From NCBI GenBank assembly GCA_951406725.2, contig OX597818.1, positions 118,482,001 through 118,546,000 on the forward strand: DNA of 64,000 bases, read 5' to 3'. The position numbers and the translations under genes were made by a program. The stretch comes from Octopus vulgaris. Lineage: Eukaryota. The notes beneath the pieces are model-generated. The model made no database searches. It was not told the DNA's origin and was given only the letters and a program-made list of their open reading frames with translations. Positions 25,034 through 39,109 of the stretch are shown one piece after another. Every line of letters begins with the position of its first letter. Position 1 is the first letter of the stretch.

Positions 25034-25667
25034 CAAACACACAGACATGTTCTAAAGCTATTGAACTACTGTCGTATTTATTAACGCTTATGTATTATAC
25101 ATGAAGTTAATGCTATTTATCATTTGATGTTACAGAATGTGGTCATGCGATGTATCTTTGTGTTAGGTATCTTCATCTTATGTCTACTCTCATTATCTCA
25201 TTATATTTCATATGATATGTCATGCTGTGTCAAAGTTAATTTATGTGTAATTTGTAAATGTCTGGTCGATGAAAACAAGTTAAATAAACTCGGCAAATAT
25301 TAATGTCATAAAATTTTTTTGTTAATATTAACACCGTAATCCTGCTGAGAGCACAGCATATATAATATGGTAACATGTATTTAAATTAGAGTGTTTCTGA
25401 AAGTGATAGTTAATCATCATTCAACGGCTCCAATACATATTCGAGAAGATAAATCCATGTTACTCTCATATGACCCAAGCGTGCTGAGCTTGAAGAAACC
25501 TAAGAGCTTCGGAAAATTCCTGACTCTATTTAGACCATTTGTTTTTGATAGCAATTTCTGAAGCTGAGCATAAATCACAGAGAATTGCCTTACAATGTTT
25601 CATACCACCTTAACCAGAAATAATCACGACATACTGGAACACAGTTAAAATTCTAACCTTAAATATG

Positions 25668-25961
25668 TTTGTTCCTTCTCGAGCCACGGCTGGCTCATTA
25701 GGGCCGGTTTCACGGTTTCCTTGGCGTATAGATTCTTCACCTGGACGGGACGCCAGTCCGTGGCTGGTGAGCTGCTAGATGCAAGAGGAACGAGTGAGAG
25801 AAAGTTGTGGCGAAAGAGCCAGCAGAAATTCGCCATTATCTTCTGCCGGAGCCGCGTGGAGCTTAGGTGTTTCGCTCATAAACATCGCCCGGTCTGATAT
25901 TCGAACCCGTGATCCCTCGACTGCGAGTCCGCTGCTGTAACCACTAGACCATGTACCTCCA
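25668..25961 (-). mobile_element. SINE family D (tail type 2, V-domain-like)
   Basis: tRNA head ...GGGTTCGAATATC, tail GGACTGGCGTCCCGTCCAGG...GAAACCGG...GGCTCGAGAAGGAACAAA; TSD CTTAAATATG at 25658-25667 and 25966-25975. Confidence 0.85.
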
Positions 25962-26719
25962 AAATCTTAAATATGCCTGATCGTTTCCACTTTTATTAGA
26001 AAGAAAAAAAATTAGTCTCACGTAAATAAATGCCTTCTTTCCTAGTTACCTCGAGGTCTAAGCTTTATGTACATTTAAGAAGTTGTGTTCATTGCAAATA
26101 AAATTTACAACACTTGCACATTTTTCTCTACATTTAATGGGCTACTTTCGAAATGTCTTACATCGATAAAACTATAAATAGTTATAATCTTTCAGTGTAG
26201 AAAAAGCAAATCCAGTCATATTAATCCAAGATTTTCCACATAGAGATATATCCATGTAAATCTAGGTTGCAAGGTCATGTTTGATTTTTATAACGATGCT
26301 TACAAAGTTATATACAGTAAAGAGCATATTCTTCTGTTATGTGCTCCAGACTATTTTAACATGGATAAGGTAATCAATGTTGTATTTCGTCTCCCTAAAA
26401 AGTAGCTTTTTTTACATGATGCTCATTGTGAACAGACAATATTTTGTAAGATATTACTTAGTCACTGAGGTATATAGATCGTAAAATAGTTATACGGTTT
26501 TTTAAGATAGGTTATAGGTTTTTAATTTGATTTTTAATCTTTAATTTTTAAATGTATTTCATAAATATATTATATTGATATTTATAATATTTATGTAAGT
26601 AATAATGGACTAATTAATTAATTTATTTTTCATTATATGTCTATATATTTATTGATAGAGTAAATTTTAGATTTTAATTACGATATCTGTTGATTATTAT
26701 TTAGATACTTATTTTAAAT

Positions 26720-27145
26720 GTTTTATAGTTATTAGATGTGAACTTAAATCTAAAAATATGCATAGCTATTATTTTGTTTAAAAATTTGGTAATTAAATAT
26801 TGGACTATAACTGAGTTAAGGATATTCGAGAGTTTCTTATGTTTTTTTAAAGCCATGTTATATCTTAATAGATAAATACATTTTTCTATCTATTGTTTAC
26901 CTTAAAAATAAATATTTAAATTAATAAATGTTTTATAGGAAATAATCCTAATGTTTTGAGTTTCTAATTTAGACAATGGAGTTTTTTCTATAAGAAAAAT
27001 TATTATTTTTATTGTTTAACTCTATTTGCTTATTTCATTAACTATTATCATTAACCTGAAGATTGACTATAATTTTAATTTTAATTCATTTCAATTGCAT
27101 TTAAACTTAATTGTAATTCGAATTTAATTCTAGCCATGAAACTTA
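26720..27145. repeat. AT-rich dispersed repeat, copy 1 (paralogue of 55800-56240), possibly PLE-derived
   Basis: TTATTAGATGTGAACTTAAATCTAA...TTTAAACTTAATTGTAATTCGAATTTAATT shared colinearly over ~420 bp. Confidence 0.8.
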
Positions 27146-27282
27146 CTTAGTGTTTTTACTTATTATATTATATTTATAATTCATTTTATTCATTTTGAAA
27201 AAAAAACTATATAATATATATATAAACGGCGGTGCATCAGCATGGCCGCAGCTCTTAGCTGAAACTACAGAGAATAATCCAC

Positions 27283-27540
<258 letters not shown>

Positions 27541-27952
27541 ATTGCTGGTTTGTTTTCTTTTATCAGCTTAGCGCTTGCCAATTATGCTTTTTCGGATCGT
27601 ATACTTTATATCATGAATGATATATATGTCCTTGCTTATCTTTCTGCATTCAAAACCTTTTTACGAATCAAGATGATACTTAATGTATATCTTCAGTCAC
27701 CCAGTGCAATGAAGTGTTAAAAGACAAACACACACCTTCACCCACGCAGGGTCATGCACACGCACATATACTGGAAACAACAATGGAGACACCTAGCATC
27801 ATAGCATCATAATTTTGAAACAGTTATAAAACCATTAAAAGCTTGTATATTTTTATGTTTTGATTTAGTATTAGTGTTGCTTAATATGTTTTGCTAAAAT
27901 TGCTGTTTCTTTTCCGATATCATCTGAAGAAAGGTAATTAAAATTCATTAAA

Positions 27953-28915
27953 TTAACAAATCTATCGGACTTTCAAAGAAGTCAAATTGCTTTTGCTCGT
28001 ATGGTAGGCGCTAGCGTAACGAAAAACAGCCTTAATGTATGGTGTTTCAAGAAATAGTGTCTGGAAAGTAATGACAGCCTTTTAAAAATACAGAAAAAAC
28101 CTCCTTCGCGAAACAAAACTCCGGAAGAAAACAAAAACTTTCAGATAGAGACTGTCGAACTCTTACGCGAATTGTTAGAAAGGATCACAAAGTACAGCTC
28201 CCGAAATTATTACAGAGCTTAATGACCACCTTGAAAATCCAGTTTCCACAAAAAACTATTCGCCTGGAATTGCAAAAAGCCGGATTTCACGGGAGGGCAG
28301 CAATCAGAAACGACTGCTTTCAAAAGCAAACGTTTCAAAACTTTAAGAGTGGAGTAAAATCATACCGAATTGGTCCCTAGAACATTGGAAGACTGTTATT
28401 TTCTCACACGAGTCATCCTTTACATTATTTCTGACCACCGGTCGAGTGTACGTATGGAGACAGCCAAAAGAAGTATTTGACCCAGACTGCCTTCTTCCAA
28501 CTGTTAAACATTGAGGAAGATCTGTCTTGATCGAGGAGGTCTCTATCTTGGAAATCAGCCGGCCAATTGGTTAAGCATTTTATCTTATCAAATTCATCTT
28601 ATGGTTGCGGAACTATCTCCGGAGGGAAACGCAATCTTTCAGGATGATAATGCACCAATTCACATAGCTAAAGTTGTTATTGAATGGCTTGAGGAACATT
28701 CTAGTGAAGATGAAATCTTATCTGGCCACCATAGCTCCCATATCACAATATTATTGAAAATGTATGGTGTATTTTAGGAAAGCATGTAGGAAGTCCATAT
28801 CCTCCATCATCATCATATCCTCCATCATCATCACTCTTTGAGCTGAAGAATGGACAAAAATTGCTTTGGAAAAAATTCAAATTTTGATTACTGCCAGAGG
28901 CGGTCGTACCCCGTA
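27953..28915 (+). pseudogene. Tc1-like transposase pseudogene
   Basis: LSDFQRSQIAFARMVGASVTK...VSTKTIRLELQKAGFHGRAAIRK...WKTVIFSHESSFTLF...GRVYVWRQPKE...PTVKH...IFQDDNAPIH...IIENVW...ARGGRTPY, assembled across frameshifts and stops. Confidence 0.9.
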
Positions 28916-29020
28916 TATTTATATCTATATTTACAGATGTGTAGTTAGGAACACACAAACACACGCACACGCAGACATAAAGAAACACATACATATATAC
29001 ATACATACATAAATGCATGC

Positions 29021-29106
<86 letters not shown>

Positions 29107-29481
29107 GCTCTTTCAGTTTTACAGATGTATCATGATATTTTCAGTACATAGATATTGTCACACTTGTGTATGCTGATCATATCAAAGAGGATATTGTATT
29201 TTTAGAGAGAGGAAAGAAAACATACTGAGTCCATAATATTTTTCGCACACATCTTTTACACGTATAATTTATCACGAACGGAAATGCTTTTTTTTTATTT
29301 TATTATTATTTTTTTTGTTCCAGCGCAGCCAAATGGTATAACTACCGGTCTCCTGGTTATATCCAACATAAACTTCTTATTAATTGTCATGCTGTTATTG
29401 ATAAAAAGGAAATTCAAAGGAGTATACTCATGATGCACCTCAAGAAAACACGAAAGTACGCGTTGAAGGTGTATTTATATG

Positions 29482-29560
<79 letters not shown>

Positions 29561-29868
29561 GTAAGTATGTGTGTGTGTGCGTGTGTGCGTACGGATATGT
29601 GTATATAGCAAAAATTTTGATTCAGATGAATATGGTACTTAAGTTAAGGCACCAGAATTTAGTACGTTATTATCCATACAATTTCAAAGGTTATAAAAAT
29701 CAATATAAGCAACAAGAAAATCCAGAGGTAATGCAGTACGATCGTTTCATGCAACTCCATTTAACTGAACAATGTGATCATTACATCAATTTAAAATGCA
29801 GTGCAATATTCAGCTGCACAAAGACATAGAATTTAATTAAATTACAACAGATAGACATATTAGTATAA

Positions 29869-29906
<38 letters not shown>

Positions 29907-30955
29907 ATGTGTATATATATATATATTATTCATTTATATATGTATACATATACACGCATATATGTATGCATGTATATATATATATATATATATATACATA
30001 TATATGTGTGTGTATGCATGTATGTATATGTGTATGTATGAATATATATAGGTGTGTGTGTGTGTGTGTGTATGTGTGTAATTCCTTATATTATTTATAT
30101 ATTGCTTAGTAAACAAGGATTCCGATTAGATTATAAAACTTAGATACACTTCGTGAAGGATTCCTCGAGAATCAACCATTTGCTACACTCTTCATGAGTG
30201 TAAACAATTTCGTAATTGGATTATATATTCAATATATTTAACATATTTCACTCAATCTAAGTAGTAATTATTGTAGCAGTAATATATTCAGGCTGAATTG
30301 GTAGTTCGTCTCCCCCTCTATAAATGCAGACCGGTCTTAAAACGCTGCGAAGGATATATCATATATATGACAATCACAGTTTTTATGTCAGTGTGAAAAA
30401 TGAAACGCAGTACACTTTGAGGCAGCTGATTTCACCCCCACCCTCGTAAATGAAAGCTGATAGGCAAACAAAACTCTTGCATGACAATTAGGAGGGAAGG
30501 GTAAATTATAGGTCGGAACACTTTTTATAAGATATCAAGGACACCTTAGTATTATTTTGTTATGCTTTGTAGTTGAAGAACTACAGATGTTGAGAAGATA
30601 CGAATTGTATTTTAGAAATATTGTGCTTTGTCCCAAGAGAATTATCAGTATAAACGATTAGAAATGGCACCAGTTGAAGAACTAATCCAAGCGGAATCTC
30701 GTTTAGCGAGGAAATTATATTCTTACCCTATGCTGATGTTTGCGCGTATTTACGTAAATGATATAATATATTACGATGAAGAGACGTTTGGAAAATATCC
30801 TGCACTTTTTAAAGTATCGAAGAACTTGCAGTATTTAAAAGTTACTTGAACCACAGACAAAACCGTTTAGATCTACTAGTATTAATATAATAATTATCTT
30901 TAAAGTTCATCTGTATTAAACAATAGATTTGGACTGTAAAGTGATGTAACATAAT

Positions 30956-31336
30956 CTTTTCTAGTCTAGACACACGGCCGGAAATTTTGGGTAGGGGCAG
31001 TCGATTAGATCGACACCAGTACGCAACTCGTACTTAATTTATCAACACCCAAAGTCGACATCGGCCGGATTTGAATTCAGAACGTAAGGACAGACGAAAT
31101 ATCTATTTATTTATTGCCCTCAAGGAGCTAAATATAGACGGGACAAAAAAGGACAGACAAACGGATTAAGTCGATTATATCGACCCCAGTGCGTAACTGT
31201 TACTTAATTTATCGACCCCGAAAGGTTGAAAGGCAAAGTCGACCTCGGTGGAATTTGAACTCAGAACGTAACGGCAGACGAAATACTGCTAAGCATTTCG
31301 CCCGACGTGCTAACGTTTCTGCCGGCTCGTAGCCTT
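30956..31336 (-). mobile_element. SINE family A 2-unit chimeric array (head unit has tail A, terminal unit has tail B)
   Basis: Junction GACGAAATA-TC-TATTT at ~31093-31108; the terminal unit's tail matches 3092-3140. Confidence 0.85.
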
Positions 31337-31526
31337 AGAAGTGTATTCATAAACATACAATTCATGTACGTAAGTACTAATTATATTTCTGTACGTTATT
31401 TGGGCTCGTTGTGTATGGTGATCAACATTAATTAACTTCTGCATGCAATCATACATACACGCACACGCACGCACACACACATACATACACACACACACAC
31501 ACACATACGTACACACACACATATAT

Positions 31527-31574
<48 letters not shown>

Positions 31575-31633
31575 GTATATAGGCACATAGAGGCATACAT
31601 ACATGTACACAAACATAAACATACATAAATGCA

Positions 31634-32430
31634 TACTTTTGGCCTGATCAATAAGTTTCCTGACTATTTCAATAGGAGCGATGCGAAAGCACGTAGTGTA
31701 AAGCCGCTTGGTGCAAATTGGCCATGTACTCCGTTCTGCATACGCATTAAGTTTTAACTTCCATTTTTTACAGTAGTGCATGCGCATAAATTTTTAACTT
31801 CCGTTATTTACAGCAGTTTTCAAACGAACATATGAAACGTGTGATCGTCGCCTTGAGCACGACAGAGAAATTTGAGCAGAGAATCTGCATCAAATCTTGC
31901 CAATGGTGATACTTCTTGAGGGGCCTATGCAGGGTTTTCAAAAAACTTTTTAGCGTTCTGGACGCAATCAAGGATATCTGGTGCAGCTGGAATACGAGAG
32001 CCTTTTTCAGTGATAACGGACTGCACCGTAAGTAATCTGCACATCCCTTGATAACTCATCGACATGAGCGATGTTTTTTTTCCGTTGTGCTGATAGCGGG
32101 TCTCCCAGAAAGGTGATCAATATCGAAATGATTTCGGCCATCTTGGAAACGGCTGTAACATTCGTACACTTGTGTGCTACTCATACACTCCTTTCCGTAC
32201 ACTTTCTCCATCTTTGCGTAGGCATCTGGGCTTGTGTCGCTATGGTAACCTTGTCTTTCATGGTCAATGAGACGATGAAACGCTACACACCTTACTTCCA
32301 AGCAGAAGTGCGCTACAATGTTGAAACGTAGAATAAATGCACAGCCGAATTTAAAGTTCAAACTTTTTGCCAAGCGGCTTTACCTACGTTACTATGGTGA
32401 CAGTCCGGATACTTATTGGTCATACCTAAT
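31634..32430. mobile_element. Non-autonomous mariner derivative made of two convergent 5' halves
   Basis: TIRs GGCCTGATCAATAAGTTTCCTGACT and AGTCCGGATACTTATTGGTCATACC; + arm encodes TEKFEQRICIKSCQ, - arm encodes DAYAKMEKVYGKECMSSTQVYECYSRFQDGR...SGRP (mariner HTH N-terminus). Confidence 0.75.
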
Positions 32431-32434
32431 ATAT

Positions 32435-32669
32435 CTCTTTACTCTTTTACTTGTTTCAGTCACTTGACTGCGGCCATGCTGGAGCACCACCTTTAGTCGA
32501 CCCCAGGACTTATTCTTTGGAAGGCTAGTACTTGTGCTATCGGTCTCTTTTGACGAACCACTAAGTTACGGGGACGTAAACATGCCACCATCGGTTGTCA
32601 AGAGATGTTTGGGGACAAAGACACAAACATATACACACACATATACATGCATACATACATACATACACA

Positions 32670-32702
<33 letters not shown>

Positions 32703-32903
32703 GCATATATAAATGCATATATATATATATGCATATATACGACGGGCTTCTTTCAGTTTCTGTCTACCAAATCCTCTCACAAGGCTTTGGTCGGCCCGAG
32801 ATTATAGTAGAAGACTCTTGCCCAAGGTGTCACGCAGTGGGAATGAACCCGGAACCATGTAGTTGGTAAACATGCTACTTACCACACAGCTACTCCTGTG
32901 CCT
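32435..32903 (-). mobile_element. SINE family E with internal microsatellite
   Basis: Colinear with 8748-9369; microsatellite ~115 bp. Confidence 0.88.
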
Positions 32904-33058
32904 ATATATATATATATATATATACATAAATGTATACATATATATTCACAAAAACACAAACACACATATATATATACCTACATATATATGTATACATTTA
33001 CTCTGCTATGTATTGAGTACCTTATTTACTGTGGTTAACCCCGAATCAACCCGGGACC

Positions 33059-33108
<50 letters not shown>

Positions 33109-33728
33109 ATACGATTTAATTTGATCCGGCAGACATTTGGAACGGTTGAATAGACGTTTTCTTGCCGGCGGGAATTTTTGACATCTGGCATAGCTGCAAT
33201 TTAAGTTGTCTCTGAACAACACACAAATTTACCAACACATATATTAATCATCTTTGAATATTCATTGTCAGATTTGTTTTAATGCTATGTTTCAAGAAAG
33301 TTAATATTTATAGCTTTCCATAAATATTCAAATATAACAGGATATAGATTAATCTCAGATACAACTAAGGCTGCACTGTCTTCAGGGTTGGAATTTGCTA
33401 TATCGCAGTCGATTTTACAACCTTCAGTTCTGAATATTAAACTAATGTATTGCGTCATTATTGTTGATTTCCTTCTTGTTAGACACTGTAAATAGACATT
33501 GCGTTTATCATATTTGATATTTAGGCAATAATACTTTATTTTATTTGAAATATTTCATTCTGGAATGTATAATTTCTCATTTATGATTTTGATTTCATTT
33601 GATTAGCAAACATACTGCTGTTTAGCTTTACGTAATCAACTATTGTAACGGTAATACTGCATAAATATTGTATCAAATATCTAAATAAAACATAATATTT
33701 TGTAGTGTTTTCATTAAATGCGAACAGA

Positions 33729-33905
33729 AGGCCGCGAGCCGGATAAAATACTAAGCAGTGATTTCGTCCGGCTCGTTAGGATCCGATTTCAGATTCCACC
33801 GTAGTCGACATCGTCTTTCATCTCTTCGAATTCGATAAAATATGTACTAGCGAAATATATGGGGTGATGTAATCGACTAGCATCTTACCCCAAATTTCAG
33901 GCCTC
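33729..33905 (+). mobile_element. Old diverged SINE family A-like copy
   Basis: AGGCCGCGAGCC...TTCAGATTCCACCGTAGTCGACATCGTCTTTCATCTCTTCGAATTCGATAAAA. Confidence 0.6.
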
Positions 33906-34543
33906 GAAATTTACACAGTTTGAGAACACCTACAGAATAGCAGTTTTGATATTTACTCTCTGTCAAGGACAATGAATACTGTTGATATGGGAATAATAAT
34001 TTACTGCTTTGTAATGATTGCAAAAACAAAAAAAGTAAAATATATCACTAAAAAACTAGTTGCGTAATAATAATTTACAGCTTTGCAAAAAATAGAAAAA
34101 AGTCACTAAATAAAGAGTAGTTTACCAGAATATTACGATTCATGATACAGAGAGAACACTATACTTTAATCAACACTACGGAATATTAATTGTTGCGCAC
34201 AAACAGATGCCTTTTTTCTATTCCAGTGAGTTCACCAACAGAATTCACAAGTGTACAGATACCAGAATGACGGAATACATATGTGACTCCCTGGTCTACG
34301 GGGAAGGGAACGTGATTTCACTGCAATTAGACTCGTAGATTCCTTTGATCACGTGACATGTTGCTTAAACATACACACAACCCAAAATAACTATAGATTG
34401 AACGCCATGTTTGCTTGTTATTTGAGTGGGAAATTTTATATCAGGAGGAATTGATACGGGATCACACAATATCCGTCGATTGGTTGGGTAACTAACTGTA
34501 GAAACATGGGACTACTTTTATCGGAATTAATCTTCAGAACCTA

Positions 34544-34733
34544 CTCTTACTCTTTTTCTCTTTTACTTGTTTCGGTCATTTGAGTTCTGCCATGCTGGAG
34601 CACCGCCTTTAGTCGAGCAAATCGACCCCAGGACTTATTCGTTGTAAGCCTAGTACTTATTCTATCGGTCTCTTTTGCCGAACCACGGGGACGTAAACAC
34701 ACCAGCAGCGGTTGTCAAGCGATTTTTGGGGGA

Positions 34734-34772
<39 letters not shown>

Positions 34773-34958
34773 GTATATATATATACATATATATGAAGTG
34801 CTTCTTTCAATTTCCGTTTACCAAATCCACTCACAAGGCTTTGATCGGCCCGAGGCTATAGTAGAAGACACTTACCCAAGGCGCCACGCAGTGGGAATGA
34901 ACTCGGAACCATATGGTTGGTAAGCAAGCTACTTACCACGCAGCCACTCCTACGCCTA
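34544..34958 (-). mobile_element. SINE family E with internal microsatellite
   Basis: Colinear with 8748-9369; microsatellite ~57 bp. Confidence 0.88.
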
Positions 34959-35729
34959 TTTAAAAAAATATTGCTTTATATTTATGATTCACTTCTTTAA
35001 AAAGGTTTCTCAATGTCAACTTCCAGTATTGATGTAAAAACGGCGAAGTCTCTCAGTCACTATTTTAATGTTCGCTATTTGTAAACAACTACGACAAATT
35101 TGTGAAAGAAATATTTACTGAGTTCACAAATTTAAATATTCGGTACACGATACTTTTCAACGTCCTTTTATTTATACGACTTTTTCGTCCCATGTTTATC
35201 GCATTCATTGTTTGCAATGTTCTCTCCCTCACTCTCACTCTCTCTATCTCTCTCTATCTCTCTGTCACACACACACACACACAAGCACACTCCCGGTTTC
35301 ATTTCGTTCTGAACTCGCACACTTCGTTAATTTCTGTAAATACATTTTATTCATTTTCTTTTTGCACGCCGTGTTCAGCTCTATGTATTTGCAGACAGTC
35401 ACACGCGAACACGTGTGTGTTTTTGTATATAAGCGTGTATACATTTATGTATGTGTATATCTGTTTGTGTGTGTCTGTGTGAGAGTGAAAGGGTGTGTTG
35501 TAATGTATATATGCATAAATACATATGCATAAATACATATGCATACATACCTTTTCTATGTATGTGTGCGCGCGCGTGTATGTGTGAGAGAGTGATATCT
35601 AAGTGGCTCTCTCTCTCTCTCTCTCTCTCTTTCGCTCTTTCTCTCTTACACACACACGCACACATACATACATACAAGAAAGATGTATGCCTATTCATTT
35701 ATGTATATATGTATACACGACAACGCACC

Positions 35730-35777
<48 letters not shown>

Positions 35778-35854
35778 CACACGCCCATTTCATCTGATGT
35801 TTGATACTGTATGTATATGTATCCGTGTGTGCATGCATGACTGAGTGTGTCGTT

Positions 35855-37133
35855 CCACAATCGCCAGAACAAAGCAGAGGGATTTTCTTTCTTCATGCTT
35901 CTGATGATACAGGTAAATCATTTGTAACCTTGCTTCTCTCCAAAATAAGGTTACAAGAAAGAATTGCAGTTGCTGTAACATTGTCTGGCTGTGCTTCCAC
36001 CGTTCTTCTAGGAGGACGAACAGCTCTTTCTACTTTTAAATTACTACTAAGCGTGGTCACAAATCAGTGTTCAATTTCTAACATAAGCGAAGATTCAGGT
36101 TTACCAGAGGTCTTGTGCCAATGTCACGTTATCATTTGGGATGAATGCACCATGTCACATATAGGTGCAATGGTAGCTCTTGATATGATCTTACAGGACG
36201 TCAGAGGCAGGAGACTTCACACAGACATTACCAGTCGTTCCGATACGAACAAGATCTGATGAAATAAAAGCATGTATTAAGTCGTCACGCGTATGGAATA
36301 AAGTACTGAAATTCTCTTGCAATACTAATGTGCGAGATTTATTACATGGAGACCAATGAGCAAAACGGTTTTCAACCTGGGCCCTCCACTTAAGAAATTG
36401 GAAAGTACCATTTGATGGGGATTGTGATATCAGTTTTGCTCATATTGTTATCAAGGTGAATTCCCAGCTGAATTGAAGAACGGTAATTCCAGCCTTCAGT
36501 AATAATTATTATTCACATAAATGGTTGTGTGAAAGGGCAATTATTGCTCCAAAAAATGAGACAGTAGCAAGGATTAACCATGAATTAATGAATAAGATTC
36601 CAGCTATCATTAAGAAGTACAAATCAGTTGATTGTCCTGGATGGAAATCAAGCTTTCCATTGCATAAAAGAATTCCTTAATTCTCTTGAGCCACCTGGAA
36701 ACCTCCTCATAAACTGTCTCTAAAGGTAGGAGTCCTAGTAGTGCTTCTAAGAAATTTAGATACCCCTAAATTATGCAATGAGACAAGGTTGACTGTGAAG
36801 ACATTACCACCTAATGTGACAGAAGCTACCATCATAAATGGATGATGCACCTCTAAGGAAGAGGTTTTCATTCCAAGAATTCCAGTCAAACCAACAGGTA
36901 TGTAATTTGAGTTTAAATGAACACAATTCCCAGTGCAAATTTGCTTTGCAATGTCTATTAATAAAACTCAAGTTCAGTCTTTGAAATCTGCTGGCTTACA
37001 CTTAATTGAGCCTTGCTTTTCTCATGGTCAACTTTATATTGGGTACTCTAGGGTAAGTAGTGTGCAAGACTTATTTGTCTCTGCTCCAAACCAGGAAACA
37101 AAGAATCATGTTTACCCAGAAGCTCTTTCGTAA
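35855..37133 (+). pseudogene. Helitron Rep/Hel PIF1-like helicase pseudogene (C-terminal part)
   Basis: FFLHASDDTGKSF (Walker A), IIWDECTM (Walker B), AIIAPKN, PHKLSLKVG..VVLLRNLDTPKLCN.TRL, FIPRIP, QFPVQICFAMSINKTQVQSL, PCFSHGQLYIGYSRV, TKNHVYPEAL; several frameshifts and stops. Confidence 0.93.
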
Positions 37134-37220
37134 TTTCCTTCAACATATGTGGTAGGATTTATCTCCTTTCATAAAAGTGGTAAATTTTATTTCTTCTTCT
37201 TCTTCTTCTTCTTCTTCTTA

Positions 37221-37775
37221 TTATTATTATTATTATTATTGAGAGAGCAGTGCATGCCATCAAAATGACACTGGGGTAAAATATATGAAGCCCAGTATAC
37301 ACATCATGACTGCCCGTCTGATAAGGGTAAACTAGGCACATGCATCACAACCACGTGTGTGCAACATGGTGATCTCATATCAAGATAAACAGCAGGAAGG
37401 GCCCAGTTAGAATTTTCTTCTGGTCGAGTAGCCCATCCCAATCAAAAGGTCCCTGAATAAGGGTCGTTTAAGGATTTTGAACGAACCACGCATGTTTCCA
37501 GAGGTGAATTATTCAAACTCCAAATAATCCCTCTCACCACATGGTTGTGAAGCTACGCCACTATTTCTGTTCGTGATCAGAGATGCACATATTGTCAACC
37601 ACTAAGGGATATGCTTAACTGGTTAAGGTCAAGCAACTGACAAGCAAATCTGTGGTATTGAGCAGAATATTTGCTGTAACCCATCATTTATACCAAGACA
37701 AAACAATGTACATGTTAACAGTTTCAATCAGTTAAGATCACAACCCACGAGAGCCACTGCCTGGTACTGCATCAG
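37221..37775. mobile_element. ~550-bp non-autonomous retroelement-like insertion within (TTA)n
   Basis: Higher-GC block bounded by (TTC)n(TTA)n on the left and TATTGTTATTATTAT on the right, interrupting the Helitron 3' region; family not established. Confidence 0.55.
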
Positions 37776-37922
37776 TATTGTTATTATTATTTGCTATGAA
37801 TTCAGAATTGATTTCCCAATTAAAGAATAAATTGTATCCCAATTGAAGAATAATTTGAACCTAGAATAAATTTCTATACAACATATTTTGCTTTTTCTTC
37901 CGTGCAACACCGGGCGCCTCTG

Positions 37923-39109
37923 TTCTCTGTTTGTTTATAAATAAACTGAGAATGTGTGTGTCTGTCTGTCTGTGTGTTTCCCTAAAACTTGAGAACTACA
38001 CAACCAATTTCATTCAAAGTTTACACATGCCTTACTTAGGGTCCGGGGAGTGTCATCGGCAAAACAAATTTTGAACTTTTTGCCTAGGGCGAGCCCACAG
38101 CAATATCATATCTTTTCCACTACGATTCCCTAAAACCTGAGAATTACACAACGAATTCCATTCAAAAAATTTTACACATGCCTTACTTAGGGTCCATGTA
38201 GTTTCATGGGCCAAAAAATTGTTCAACATCTTACCTAGAGCGAGCCCATGGCAATATCATATCTTCTCCACTATTTCAGTATTACCTGTTAAAAGTGAAA
38301 CAAAAACGTTTCTCTATTTTATGTCAGATACTTTCACTTTAACAATAAAAATAATAATAACAATTGAATTATATGTAGTAATTAATACTTAAAATCAAAC
38401 TAAAGTAACATGACAATAGTAAAAATAGCAATTGGTATAAAATTGCATCAATGATTTGAACTTGAATAAGTGGTTTCACATGAATGGGAATAAATTTAAA
38501 ATAAAATTAGCTTGAAGAAATGGAATAGTTCAGATGGATAATAAAAAATTAAATTAAAGAAAAGACTATTGTCTATAAAGTATACAATGTAGAGAAAAAA
38601 GAAGATTTGTACACATGGAGGAAACCACCTTCAAAAAGTGTCTTGGTGCGACTATGAAAGGTATCTAATCAGAGGCGGTAAATTCGCCAAAATAAAAGCA
38701 AGGTTCGAGTCAACGGAGCGTGCAAGGGAGTACTCGACTCCAACTTGCAAAGTGGAAATATTTTATTTTTACCTTTATATCTGGGACGTAGGACGTCCCG
38801 GAAAAAAAAATTTAAAATCCCCCCACCCCCCACCCCGGAAGAAGAGGTAGGCTGGATTGTAGCCACACTTCTATACAAGAGGGAGGACAAGATATAATTG
38901 ATCGAAATTACAAGAGACGGGCTAAGAATTCCAGTCTGTTATATATTTTGAGTATTGTTATCACTAGCGATATCAAGATATAACTTTGTATGTTGTAGTT
39001 TATGTGTAGATGTATATATATAGATGTACATGTAATATGTACACATATATATACATATATACACATGCACTAGCACTATGACCCGGCAACGACGGGTCTT
39101 TAATGCTAG
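37923..39109 (+). mobile_element. Non-autonomous Helitron with internal ~150-bp tandem duplication
   Basis: 5' TC...ATAAACTGAGAATGTGTGTGTCTGTCTGTC; duplication ~37978-38122 / ~38127-38273; 3' hairpin GACCCG(GCAACGA)CGGGTC, then CTAG|T at 39106-39110. Confidence 0.75.

Larger units (their letters stand above)
35100..37922 (+). mobile_element. Defective Helitron carrying the helicase relic
   Basis: Microsatellite-rich 5' part (left boundary uncertain), helicase, 3' hairpin-like CCGTGCAACACCGGG at ~37900-37914 without a clear CTAG. Confidence 0.55.

Noticed and set aside
34227-34338. Possible exon EFTNRIHKCTDTRMTEYICDSLVYGEGN after a polypyrimidine-CAG
   Set aside because: No convincing donor, no recognisable domain, no partner exons
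35801-37133. Cellular PIF1 gene
   Set aside because: Intronless, frameshifted, Walker A mutated, and followed by Helitron-type termini
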